Shown here one piece after another: positions 37,464 to 49,315 of a stretch of 64,000 nucleotides of DNA. The stretch lies in the NCBI RefSeq assembly GCF_037042905.1, contig NC_087245.1, forward strand, positions 15,626,001 to 15,690,000. The letters run 5' to 3'. Position numbers and translations under genes: made by a program. Each line of letters starts with the position of its first letter. The stretch's first letter is position 1. Under the pieces are notes generated by a model. That model was given only the letters and a program-made list of their open reading frames with translations, was not told where the DNA came from and ran no database searches. Source of the stretch: Lytechinus pictus (Eukaryota).

Positions 37464-38840
37464 AGCACCAAGGCTGGACTTGAAATCACCCATTGTATTG
37501 GCTAAAGAATCAGAATTGTTATGGACATGTTCCTAATCCTTTGACTGCTAAGAGAATTATTTTCAGACATTATTATGTACTCTGAAGAAATGGAGTTGTA
37601 AATATATTTTATGTTATTGAAATTTATTAAAATATGTTAAACATATGTTTAAACTTGTAATTGTAAATGGTTCCATTATTTTGTACGCTGATATTTTTGG
37701 TAAGCCGATAACTTTCAGAAACTACATTGTGCATGATAAGGGCCATTTGATCATTGGGAGGTAATTGTGTTTGTAAGGAAGATTAGAGGAATTGATAATG
37801 CGTTGCAGTCTGTGGTACATCCTTTGAGAACATCAGTATCATAGATCATGGAAAACTCTTGCTATGATAAAACAAAGAATGTAGCCAAATAGGTGCACTT
37901 AAATGAGTTGAATATGTGCTCTTTATTTTTGCACTTTTATCTGAGTGCAAAATTGTGCAGCAAGGCAAGGTAACATGCACTCTAAAATTGTATGTTATAT
38001 CTCTTGCGCCTAGAAACCTAGTCAGGGGCGGATCCAGGATTTTTTGAAAGGTAGGGCACACATTTTCCCCAAGGAAAAACTTGACAAGCAAAAAAAAAGA
38101 AAAAGGTCTTCACTTTCGAAAGGGGGGTCACACTTCTGTTTTAACGGCATATTTACATTACAAATTTTAATTGTGCCTCTCAAAAGGGGGGGGGGGCACG
38201 GGTTTCACTAAAAATAGACGGTCATTTTGGTCCCTATAAATCTGACAAGCCCCCCCCCCCCTCTGGGGGGTCATAAAAAAATGAAGGTAACTTTGGTCCC
38301 GAGGAATTTGACAAGCGAATAAGGTTTCACTTAAGAAATGAAGGCCATATTTATTACATTTATCAATTTGTTCACACCTACCAAAATTTTGGGGCGCGCT
38401 GCCTATATGGAGAATAAAACACGCAGCACCCCCCCCCCTGAAAAATCGTGGAGGTGCTTCAACACCCCCGCTTCACAGGGACGTGAAAAACTCACTCAAA
38501 ATATCCCTCCCATTATTATAGTTTTTCTATACCGGTGTGTCGGAAGCAAATCTGGATGGGGAAGGGGGGGGGGGGATTTTCCCATGGGGCTCATGTTACA
38601 AATTCTTTGGGGAATCTAGGGCTATACACTATATAGCCTATACCGGAACTTTTCCTAGGAGGGGTAGAGGGATATGAATAATGTGGTCAAATAACCTACT
38701 GACCTAGATTCCAGGAGGTGATACCTATTGTGTATAACGTACCCCTCCCACCCCCCAAGAAAAATCTTGGGGTGCTGAAGCCAGCATCCCTGCTTCACAT
38801 GGCCGTGTGTTTTACCGTTGTGAATATGCTTCATTAATTC

Positions 38841-39645
38841 CCCAGGGGGAGGAGGGGGGCACTTCCATTGACGAGTGGATACCATGCGTGACCATGGGCC
38901 GGTTTCGAAAAGCACCCTTAACACGTATTTTCCATGTTCTGAAAATACACCCCTTAACAAGTATTGGCGTGTGAAACCATAGGCGGCGGAAGCGGGGGGA
39001 CGTGTCCCCCCCCCTAAATTTGAGGTGGGGGGGGGACGATACCCCCCTAAATTTTTCGTTGATGACCTTTTTTTTTTTTGCTTGTCAAAAGTTTTTGTCG
39101 GTCCCCCCTAAAATTTTGGTTGATATATAACCTTTTTTTTTTGCATGTCAAATTTGTTTTGGTGGTCCCCCCTAAATTGTTTGGCTTCCGCCGCCAATGT
39201 GTGAAACCCTACCCTTAACAAGTATTGGAAACAAAACGGTAGGTGACAAGTATTCCCTGAACTGACCCCCTAAACATGCTAAACAAGTACAGCGATAATT
39301 GTTATGTCACGGGCGTCGGTTTTACCTTTACTTTCGGGTTTAGTACCCGTACCCCACCTCCCACACCTCGCTCAAATCGGACCCTAAACACGTAGTGTTG
39401 GGGCAAAATGTACATCCTTTATTGTTTAGTTTTTTTACCCTCGTAAATTTGACCGTAAACACGTAATTTTCCTGGCGAAATATATACCATTTTTCCATAT
39501 TTTAGTGTCTTTGACACCCTTATTAGTTATTACGTTACGTACTACGTAACGTGCCCTATCTTGAAAAACGTGTTTTTTTTTTTTTTGGGGGGGGGGGGGG
39601 GTCACGCATGGTATCCACTCGTCAGCTAGTGGAAGTGCCCCCGGG
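38841..39645. mobile_element. Second CCCGGGGG-type element, 8-bp TSD
   Basis: ATTAATTC|CCCAGGGGG ... CCCCGGG|ATAAATTC (7/8 TSD match); colinear with 20757-22317. Confidence 0.75.
38978..39199. mobile_element. hAT-type MITE nested in 38841-39645
   Basis: Perfect 8-bp TSD TGTGAAAC (38970-38977, 39200-39207); TIR CATAGGCGGCGGAAGC / GCTTCCGCCGCCAATG. Confidence 0.85.
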
Positions 39646-40929
39646 ATAAATTCATTCACTATTTACCTCGGTGTAAACTTCGGCTACCTTGATGCATTAT
39701 ATTATATCAATATTGTATGAGAAACAGACGTAAATGAACCTATACACCGTACGTTTCTCCATTAAAAAAAAAGAAGAGAAAATATCATAGTGAGAATTAT
39801 TTGGAAGGTCAATACATCGGTTGACTGACTCAACATAAAAAAGTGGGTTTCGTACGGCAGTGATAACTTTTGAGGTGTGGGAGTGTGAAGTACCAGCTTA
39901 ATGATGATATTGGCCAATAAATAATAGATAGGTATATAATAAAAGGAATGAATAGGAAAGAAATATTATAGCGATCAAGTTGATGATCAGTGGCTATTCA
40001 CTTAGTTTTTTATATATCGCGTATACAGGCAGTTGTAAAACGCAAACTCCTACCAGCAGCAATTTAAGTTGAATTACACCAGCATAAAATAGAACAAAAT
40101 TATCAAAATAATGTGAAATAAAGTAACGGCATATTTTCATGAGATGATGTTGCCACTATAGCTTAGGTCACCGTTTTGTCTACTCTGTCTATTTCTGATC
40201 CAAGAATGTAACCGCAATGTCATTCTTCATAGGACTCATCCACACCCTCATCTTGTCTTGGAAACACAATCTTTAGAATAAGCCTACGTCATAGATTTCC
40301 TATCCAATTGTTAAATTAAGTATTTGTTATATTGCCCGTGGCCTTACAATTAAAAAAAAAAGATATTTGCAAATCGCTTCCCAGTTTGCTCTATTACATA
40401 CATGTTGACCAGTCAACAGTGATGTCATTATAAAGGAAACAGGTTTGCACTTGAAAACAGCCAAAGGTCACAGTAACATTTGATGTACGTTATTATAAGC
40501 AATGTACATCGAGGAAGTTACAACATCCATCCCCCCTATAATGATACGACCCCACCCGCGCACCTTGAAACAAGAGCATAAACCACAACCGTGACTATTA
40601 TTTTACTCTGTGCCAAGCACTGATAAACCCTCTGTCCCGTTGTCATGATTGTGTTCATGCCATGAATCCCATGAAAATCAATTTTTTTTTCACTACAGCT
40701 GTCGTCACACGAGATATTAATATTTTGCATATTAATCTAACCAACAAACATGCCAAACGGCATACAAGGAGATCTTTCAGTTGAGTGAATATCCACTATA
40801 AGCACACGTTGCAGATAGTCGTTTTGTATATTATTATTCGCGCAATAAGTATTGGTCGGCTTCATGCACTTGGTATATCATGTTAGAAAGTCGTAAAGAT
40901 ATAAATGGTGTCATACATGAAGAACCATC

Positions 40930-43900
40930 ATGTCACCGTTAAGCCTGCACGCATGCTATGTTTACACTACAATATTCACCATCATCAGGTTTGCTACAAA
41001 CTGTAAGTATATGATCAATCATTTTTCATTAATAGTAGAAAGATAAATGTGCCGTCTCTAATATATTAAAAAAAGTTCCAACCACATATAGAGACCTACC
41101 GCGGATACCTGTTAGTATGATTAAACCGGCTTATTACTGTTTTTCCATGGCAAAAGTATATTTAATTCATGGCATAATTTTCTCTCAAAACTCAACTATA
41201 CGCTCTCCACTTATCCACCCCCTCCCTTTTACTCTTACCGTGTCCAAAGTAATCAGTGGCTTTAATATTTTACAGGAAAAAACCCATTTGTATCGAACTA
41301 GGAATGATGATTTAATGTTTATTTATATTTGAATATTAAGTACAAAGGGCTTATATTTGTCCTTGCTTTGACTTAACATTTTTTTAAGTTTTATCTTATT
41401 TAAGCTTTGTATATTCAACGATGCTAGTCATGATCACTTAGTCAATAATTTGTCAGAATGATACCCCGCCCCCTAAAAAAATCCACCTAGTTTCAATTGG
41501 ATTGAGTGATGAGTTCAATGGATTCAAATCAAATTAAATCAAAATTGTATCTTGCTTACACTCTTAAAAATGTTTGGCAACATATACTGTCCACACAGCA
41601 ATAATTGGTTAAAAATGTATCTAATTCTGGGTAGTTTTAAACCAATTATGTGTGCTTTTGGTAAAAACTACACAGTATTGGTTGAAAACTACCCAAAGTC
41701 GGATAATTTTTTTAATCAGTTGTTGTGTGGACAGTATGTTGCCCAACATTTTGAAAGTTTACACATTCTCATCAAAACGCCTTTGTCATGTATGTCACTG
41801 AAATGTATAAGAGGAAGTCTATGGCAGCAAATTGGTTTTGATTAACGCAGTAAGATATAAAGGAAAACAATCATAGACTGACGTTCAGTGAGGAAAAACT
41901 AGAGATAAATGATGAAGTTTCAAAGTCTATGTTTTGTTACATCTCATGTGAGTAGCCGCTCTATTGATTTATTTATTCATATACATATATACATCATTTT
42001 CAACATTACATAATATTCATACTAGTATTATCATTCATATATATATATATATATATACATGATTGGAGCATCATAAGCTCTATGAGCCAGAGAACGATGT
42101 TCCAAGAAAAAAATACATACACATGATACAAAATTATACATTTGCTAAGAGAATACATTCAATGATGCGAACATCAAATAAGAGGTAAAAGAAGAACACG
42201 AGAGATAGAGTAAGGGTTGAAAAACAGAGTGGGAAAGAGAGAACTGAATAGAAAGAGAAAAACATGAAGAGAGTACTAACAATATATAAAATCAAGACAT
42301 CATATTTTGATAACGAAGACTCGTTGGTGAGATATTTTGTTTGTATAATAATCATAAATAGCAACAACAAAAAAGAATTACATATGTGTGGTGGTATATT
42401 ATGTAACCATGCAATGTTTATAACGCCGCTGGCTCTAAAATAAATTTCCTCTCCCATTTTTAAAAATGAATATCATTAATGACCAACATTATAATATTTA
42501 CAATTGTCACCATAATACACATATAACAATTATAAAATATCCCATTCACGTTCACACAGACATGCTATCCAGACTCATTTCATTGAGGCTGCACAGTTTT
42601 GGGAAAAGCCTGATAAATGCAAATATTTGTCAACCATTTGGCGATATTTAACAACGCCCTCGAAAATGACAAATGTTTGATTCTTCAAATGATTCTGTTT
42701 TATTATGGAAAATTTCTATCTCGATATACTTTATGTCATTATGGAGCGCAGGTCCTGAGCAGACTCTCAGCAAAGCCAGGCAGCTTGGAGCTATCGAGGA
42801 TTATTGAGAAAATAATATGAACGAAGTGTTGCAATTTTTTTATCTATAATTTTTTTTTTAATCCCCACCTTTTCCTCTGCAATCTTTATTTCTTTGTTGT
42901 TCATTATTTAATTTGGGTTGAGCAGTTTCCTCGGGATCTGATCCAGAACTTGATATTTGAGGAGAGGCAGAAAATCGTTTTTATCTTGCTTTTTTTGTAT
43001 TTTCCCCTCCCCAAAATAATCGTGAAATCAAAAAAAGTTGGTTCCCTAAATTGTGTTTAGAATTTCCTTTTCAAAACTATGACAAACATACAAAAATGAG
43101 GCAATCTTTTTTTAATTTTTGCGTAGGCCCCGGCCTGATTTGGAAAAAATCTACCAAGATTATGTTTTTATTATAAAAGGAGCAATCCGTCTTAATTATT
43201 CCTAGTAGAATGAATTTCTCTATTTACATATGATTATGTTGGGAGTATGTGTCAATCTATTATTTCATGATTTAATCAATCTATTATCCGAGGGAGAAGC
43301 TTTATTTTCTGCATCATCAATATCATAATAATATAACATTATACAGTATTATAAAAAATATTGTTTTGACCCACTTATCTTAAGTTTGGTAGGTTTGGTC
43401 ATATGCCATGAATGTGGTGAATGGAACTTTAAACCTCATTTTCCGTGGGAACGTTTCAAAGCAACCACTAAAACAGTTGAATTCTGGAATTATCTTTCAA
43501 ATACTCCCCTCTTCAATCCCCCCTCCACAAACATCAGTGTGATCTGTCAGTTCGATCGCCTCATACATTAGATGACATTTTCTTGAACATTTACCCATTT
43601 CCATCTCCCCCATGAAATGAAATGAATTCTGAGAAAGACCTTGCACTGGCGTTCCATGACAGTTGATTGTACATTCAGCAGTTACTGGTATAGGATTTCG
43701 TCCTAATCTCCTTTTGATATTTAGTTCGGACATGTTTATTTCGTTTATTTTAATTTTGATATTTTTGGTTATATCCATACCAAAATATTGAAAACAGAAT
43801 GTTATGGACAATTTTTTTTGCTATAGGCCTTTATTTCCTGTGATTTTATTCTTAGTTTAAACAGTTCATTTAAAATAGGAACAACAGTCTAAAATGGTAC

Positions 43901-44977
43901 CAACATACCTCTAAATGTATTTAAAGGTCAAGTCCACCCCAGAAAAGTGTTGATTTCAATCAATAGAGAAAAATCAAACGAGCAAAGTGCTGGAAATTTC
44001 ATCAAAATTGGATGTAAAATAAGAAAGTTATGACAGTTTGAAATTTCGCTTATTTTTCACAAAACAGTTATATGCACAACTCAGCAACATGCAAATGAGA
44101 GAGTCGATGATGTCCCCCACTCACTATTTTTTCGGTTCTTTATTGTTTGAATTGCACAATATTTTCTATTTTACAGATTTGGCAGTAAGGATCAACTTGA
44201 CTGAACCATAAAATGTTCAAACAATGGTACTTCCACATTTAAGGAAGAAACAAAACTTTGTTTTACAGGGCAGTGAGGAGAAATTTAGAATATTTCACAT
44301 TTCATATAATGAAATACAAAAGATATAGTGGATGACACAATCAGTTCCCTTATTTGCATACCGGCCAGGGTGTGCATATAACTATTTTGTGAAATAAAGC
44401 GAAACTTAAAAATGCCATAACTTTCTTATTTTACATCCGATTTTGATGAAATTGCCAGTGTTATGCTTGTTGGATTTTTCTCTTTTTATTCAAATCAACT
44501 ATGTGTTGGGGTGGACTTTTCCTTTAAATCCTTGGAAGACCCGGCCAAATTTCTGACCTGTTTGTGTTATGTTCTGTATGTTCAGTTCTTATATGTAACA
44601 GCTTTTTATTTCTGTGATTTATACGGTTTTTAATGAGGAAGAAAATGAAATGAAATAAAATGTAGTAAGCGATGAATTGTTAATAATTTGCGGAATTGAT
44701 TGGTAATTTCAAAACTGTTCCTTCATCCATGTACTTTCTGATGTATTTCCTTCTCTAGCATGTCTTGGAGTTGAGGCGCTTATGTGTGATTCCCATCAAG
44801 GCCGAACGTCGACGACTACGACGACGACGGCGTATTATAATGAGGAGGAACAACCACTGACGATATGTCATGAAAGAACAATCGAAGAAATATTGAATAA
44901 AAATAAGGTATGGTTGGGTTTGGAATGTATTTTTATGATTCTTTTTCTATTTTCTGGATTTTAGTACTAACTTCTCA

Positions 44978-45012
<35 letters not shown>

Positions 45013-47120
45013 CCACCACCACCACCGTCATCATCATCATCACCACCACCACCACCCCACCATCATCATAATCGTCATTATCATCGTTTATCCTGTTAAC
45101 AAGTACTTCATCAACGCAATCTCCATCATTCACGACCATTAACATAATCACCATCGTCATATATTATTTTATGGATTCCCTATTTCCACGGATCTTCACA
45201 TCCTCTTTACAAATATAACATGAGTAATTTGTGTATGCTGTCGCTGATCGGGGGGGGGGGGGGTTGCTTGTCACTAGACCTATTTGAATATTTCATACAA
45301 GTAATTATTCTTCTTTTATCTTTTAATGATTAGAATATATCCCCTGAGTAGGGATAACCTTTTTTTTGGGGGGGGGGATTTAGAAGGATAAGTTGACCCC
45401 ATCATGCCCATCCGACTTTAAATCATGGACCCGCGGCTGATGTATGAACATTTTTCATCATTATTTAAGAACTATGTATTTTATGTCACAAATAGGCAAA
45501 TACTAAAATCTATTTTTCTTCCTACCTAATGATAGAAACAGTTATTCTTTTGGAAAAAAATCACCATTGCCTTTATCTTGACACCTTGAAATATTACATT
45601 CCTGGATCCTTTTATCCTCTTTGGCCTATACCTTTAGAAAAAAGTTCTCGTGTTCATTTATGAAACACCAGGCAATCAGTATTACCATTTCTAAAGAAAT
45701 AAAGTTTATTTATTTTTCATATTTTTTATATTTCAGCTCCATGTTTTCGAAGTGGATGAGACAATACACAAACGTAACGATCTAGCTCTTGCGGAGGGTA
45801 CTGGCGTAATGACGGCTACCATTAGAACAAGTTACCATTCATCTCCTTTGGAAATCGCATTCGTTGTAGCAACACATGCCGTAAATCTAGACGTATTCGT
45901 GGAAGGGGACGGTACCCTTAGCAAAGTATTCCTGGTAAAGTTGTACGAATATGATCAAACTTCAGGGCCCCGTCTTACAAAGAGTTATTACCATTGATCC
46001 AATCAATGGTAACTCTATGGAAATCCATCAGTGCCATAATTTTTTCTACAAGAAATTTGCAAAAAATTCCTCTGTAAACAAAGGAGAACACACCAAATTG
46101 TCAAGAAATCGATGAAGTTATGAATGTAAATCATATCTAGAAAAGGTTTGGGAACAAATGTATGCATTTTATATGTTGACTTTGCTGGCTTTCCATAGTT
46201 GTGATTGATCGGATCAATCGCAATTCTTTATAAGACGGGCCCCAGATTTCCATTTCCCAATATTCTCATGTGAATGTTAGAACAAGGAATTATAGTCAAC
46301 AAATATCATGTTGGAAGAAAAAACAAAATTCATACGATTGTGGTTAAGAATCTTAACCTAAGATGACAAGAATCCCTGAGAAGTATTGTCATTTTTCGCG
46401 AGAATCGTCTTTAGTTTAGTCAAATGACTGTTCTATTCAACTATAATGACTAGATATTCGGACAAAAGAAGCACTCTGCCCGATTTTAAAGTATATTGCT
46501 ATGATTCTATTAAATTTTGACAAAAACGATACCAGGAGATGGGTGCGGAATTCGCTAAATTTCAAGTTGTATACAACCTTGAAATAACTCCCAAACGGGG
46601 AAATAATGTTTAATCTGTAAAACTCCGATGGTTCCTTCTTCTTAAATAGCTACTATCGTCACAATAGAAAACGTCGGGGCCCAACCTCCTATGTTTCGTT
46701 CGATTCTTAACTCCATTTTCTCCTTGTTTTTGATGGGGGGTGGGGGGGGGGGGGGGGTTCCTGTACGCCACAACCTTCATTCTATCGTTCTATCGAACGA
46801 ACCCTTTCATGTCGTTATGTTATGTGTTTGTTTGTCTCTGCAACTTTCCCAAGTTTATGCTATATCTCTTTCTGTTTTTGTTTCCACATCAGATCACACC
46901 TTGGAAGATAAGAAGCAGCGTGTCTGTTACAAGTATAACAACAACTCCTCAAATTGTACAACTTGACTGCAGTGACGTATTGACCAAGTCAACAAAATTA
47001 GTATTCACTACCACAAGTAATTGCGAAGTGGAACAATATCATCACTACTTTAGCTCTTCCTCTATAACGACTGTTACACAAACAGAACGAGCAGACGAAT
47101 GGATAATTGATTTGAGATGA
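40930..47120 (+). CDS. Putative 4-exon gene for a ~215-aa secreted protein, possibly like a TGFBR3/endoglin orphan domain
   Basis: Exons 40930-41002 (ATG, donor T|GTAAGT, phase 1), 44759-44907 (ttctctag acceptor, AAG|GTATGG), 45737-45934 (tatttcag acceptor, CTG|GTAAAG), 46893-47120 (pyrimidine tract + cag, TGA). They join into one open 648-nt frame. The N-terminus MSPLSLHACYVYTTIFTIIRFATNSCLGVEA/LMC looks like a signal peptide. Confidence 0.62.
41558..41763. mobile_element. Small CACT-ended (EnSpm-like) foldback MITE
   Basis: AAAATGTTTGGCAACATATACTGTCCACACAGCAA / TTGTTGTGTGGACAGTATGTTGCCCAACATTTT inverted arms. Confidence 0.6.
43925..44523. mobile_element. Kolobok-type MITE, TTAA TSD
   Basis: TTAA|AGGTCAAGTCCACCCCA ... 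TGGGGTGGACTTTTCCT|TTAA with long imperfect inverted arms. Confidence 0.8.
44976..45085. repeat. (CAT)n/(CAC)n trinucleotide microsatellite
   Basis: Direct reading of the sequence. Confidence 0.9.
45965..46243. mobile_element. Harbinger-like MITE
   Basis: GGGCCCCGTCTTACAAAGAGTT ... AATTCTTTATAAGACGGGCCCC inverted termini. Confidence 0.65.
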
Positions 47121-47149
47121 CATTACTAGCCATTTTTTTTTTATTAAAT

Positions 47150-47845
47150 AAGTTTCAAGTTTATTCAATTGATTTCAAATTCAAACATAAAGAATTACAA
47201 TTAAATAAAATAAACAATTTTACAAATTATCAAACAAAGTTACATAGATAAATTAACATTTCTAAAAATAAACAGAGTCACAAATTAAACAAAACGTAAA
47301 AAAGGAAAAACGTAACAAAACTAAAACATAAAAACATAAGCTATATGCTGTCAGAAACTGTTTGGCTCGACTATCTGTCAATTTACAGGGCATAATTATT
47401 CATAACAAAACAATAATCATCAGGTACTATTATGTCGTTCTAATTTTTCAACTGCATATTATATAATTTGTGAAATATTATAACTGCGTTAATTAGAGGC
47501 CATGCTATTGATATACTTTGATCGCAAATCATACATTTCATTCATTCCAGTGATGCATATTTCAATTTTATCCGATTCTTAAAATTTTCAACATCATTGT
47601 ATTTAATGAAATCTGGTATTACGTCTTTTATCTTGTCAATCAAATTGGTACGGGTATTATCGAGATTTCTGCATTTGGTAATAAAGTGATATTCATCTTC
47701 AACATCAAGATGACAAAGAGGACAGAGCCTATTTCTACTGGAATCTATCTGTATCTCTCTTGTTCGATCATTAATTTATTATCGCTTATTCTGAGTTTGA
47801 TGAACGTTGTAATATCCCTTTTTTCATAATTATATTTTAATTTAC
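47150..47845 (-). mobile_element. Decayed 3' end of a non-LTR retrotransposon (RTEX/Daphne-like C-terminal zinc-knuckle region)
   Basis: The minus strand translates to FIKLRISDNKLMIEQERYR*IPVE/NRLCPLCHLDVEDEYHFITKCRNL (one stop, one frameshift). AATAAA and TTGAAA-type tail near 47150-47185. Confidence 0.75.
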
Positions 47846-47847
47846 TG

Positions 47848-48091
47848 CACTGTAAAAAATATTGGGTAAAACTTTAACCAGCACGAGGGTAATCATGATT
47901 GTGTCCAACCAATTTTGGACAGTATTTTACCAATGCTGGAAGCATATTGTCCAGTAAGGTTAAAAATAATGCAGCAATTACTTTAGAATGGGCAAAATTT
48001 TCATCACACTGGATAAATAAATATGCCCAATGTTGGTTAGACACATAATTACCCCAATGGAGCATTTTTACCTAATAATTTTTAGAGTGTG
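47848..48091. mobile_element. CACT-ended (EnSpm-like) MITE abutting or interrupting the LINE relic
   Basis: CACTGTAAAAAATATTGGGTAAAA ... TTTTACCTAATAATTTTTAGAGTG. Confidence 0.65.
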
Positions 48092-49315
48092 TACACTGAG
48101 TTTTTTTTATTTCATTCATTACTATTTTATTCAAGACTTCCTTTCCAATATTTTATATATCTCTCTTTGAATTTATCAACTAATGCTTTTTCATTATCGG
48201 ATCGGTAGATCGGGATAGCTCAAAATATTTTATGAAAATACCCCCGCTGTATTTGCGGAAGGTCGATCGGAAGTACGATTTAAGATTTTTTTGCACATAT
48301 TACAGAGAATGATAACGGTAAATTATCAATATCTTAAACTTAAGGAAAATTAAACAGTCCAGATTTTCTTCAATTAAAAACTCGTTTACTCACTAGTTAA
48401 AGGTGAGATATGAATGATAAAAAAATGGGATCATTATTATCGGGATTAAGGGAGCATATGAAATGATTATAGGCCATTACAGGCCACAATATAAACTAAA
48501 AAAAACAACAACAATGAAAATATTACAGTGATGCAAATTAAAATGAAAATATTACAGAAAGAAAAGATTATGAATAATATTTAAGATTATATTGGGAGAC
48601 GATGTAACATTCAAAATTTCGAACAAAATTAATATGAAATGTTTATTAGATTGTTATGGAATAAATGTGATTTAAAGTGTTCTATAAGTATGGTAAAAGG
48701 ATGAAATTGTAAACGGTGTGAGAAATTTTGTTGTCTTCACCTGACTCAGTGTTTCATTAACGGCATTGACTTGGTCATTGTCATCAGTAACTCATCGTAC
48801 GCTTAACTTGAAGTATAGGGTATGTCTATATCCCCCACTTCAACAAAGATTCTAGGATGTGCCCCCAAATTACGCTAGTTTATTCGAAGGACGTTTTGAT
48901 TGCTTTATGATCAAATTTATAACCACATTTAAAAGTCCTTGGTATCATACAATTCATAAATGGAAGTATTACAACCACACTTTCACGGTGCAGAGGATAA
49001 AACCTTTGCAATACGCTTAACGTATGGATTTATCATGGCCAAAATCTTGTAAGATTAGAATGGAGCGCGGGAGTGGAACGACCGCGCGAGATTTGTTTTT
49101 ATGCATTTTTATAATGCAAAATTTGGCGAATGTAAGCACTTTGACTTCGTTATTTTGATTTTGAATCATACGGTATTTTTTTCATCATAAATGACCACAC
49201 ATAGTGTGTGAGGTGGTGTGTGTGAGGGTGTGTGTGTGTGTGCGAGGGGGGGGGGGCATTTAATATTGTGCCCCCACCCTTTCCAAAACTGTCCCTCCTG
49301 GGATATCCGCCCACG

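Noticed and set aside
44759..44907. 'VEA-LMC' start suggesting a Ly6/three-finger protein
   Set aside because: The spliced product has only 4 cysteines in the mature part and lacks the terminal CC..xxCN motif.
44975..45160. Poly-Met/Val minus-strand ORF
   Set aside because: Translation of the (CAT)/(CAC) microsatellite.
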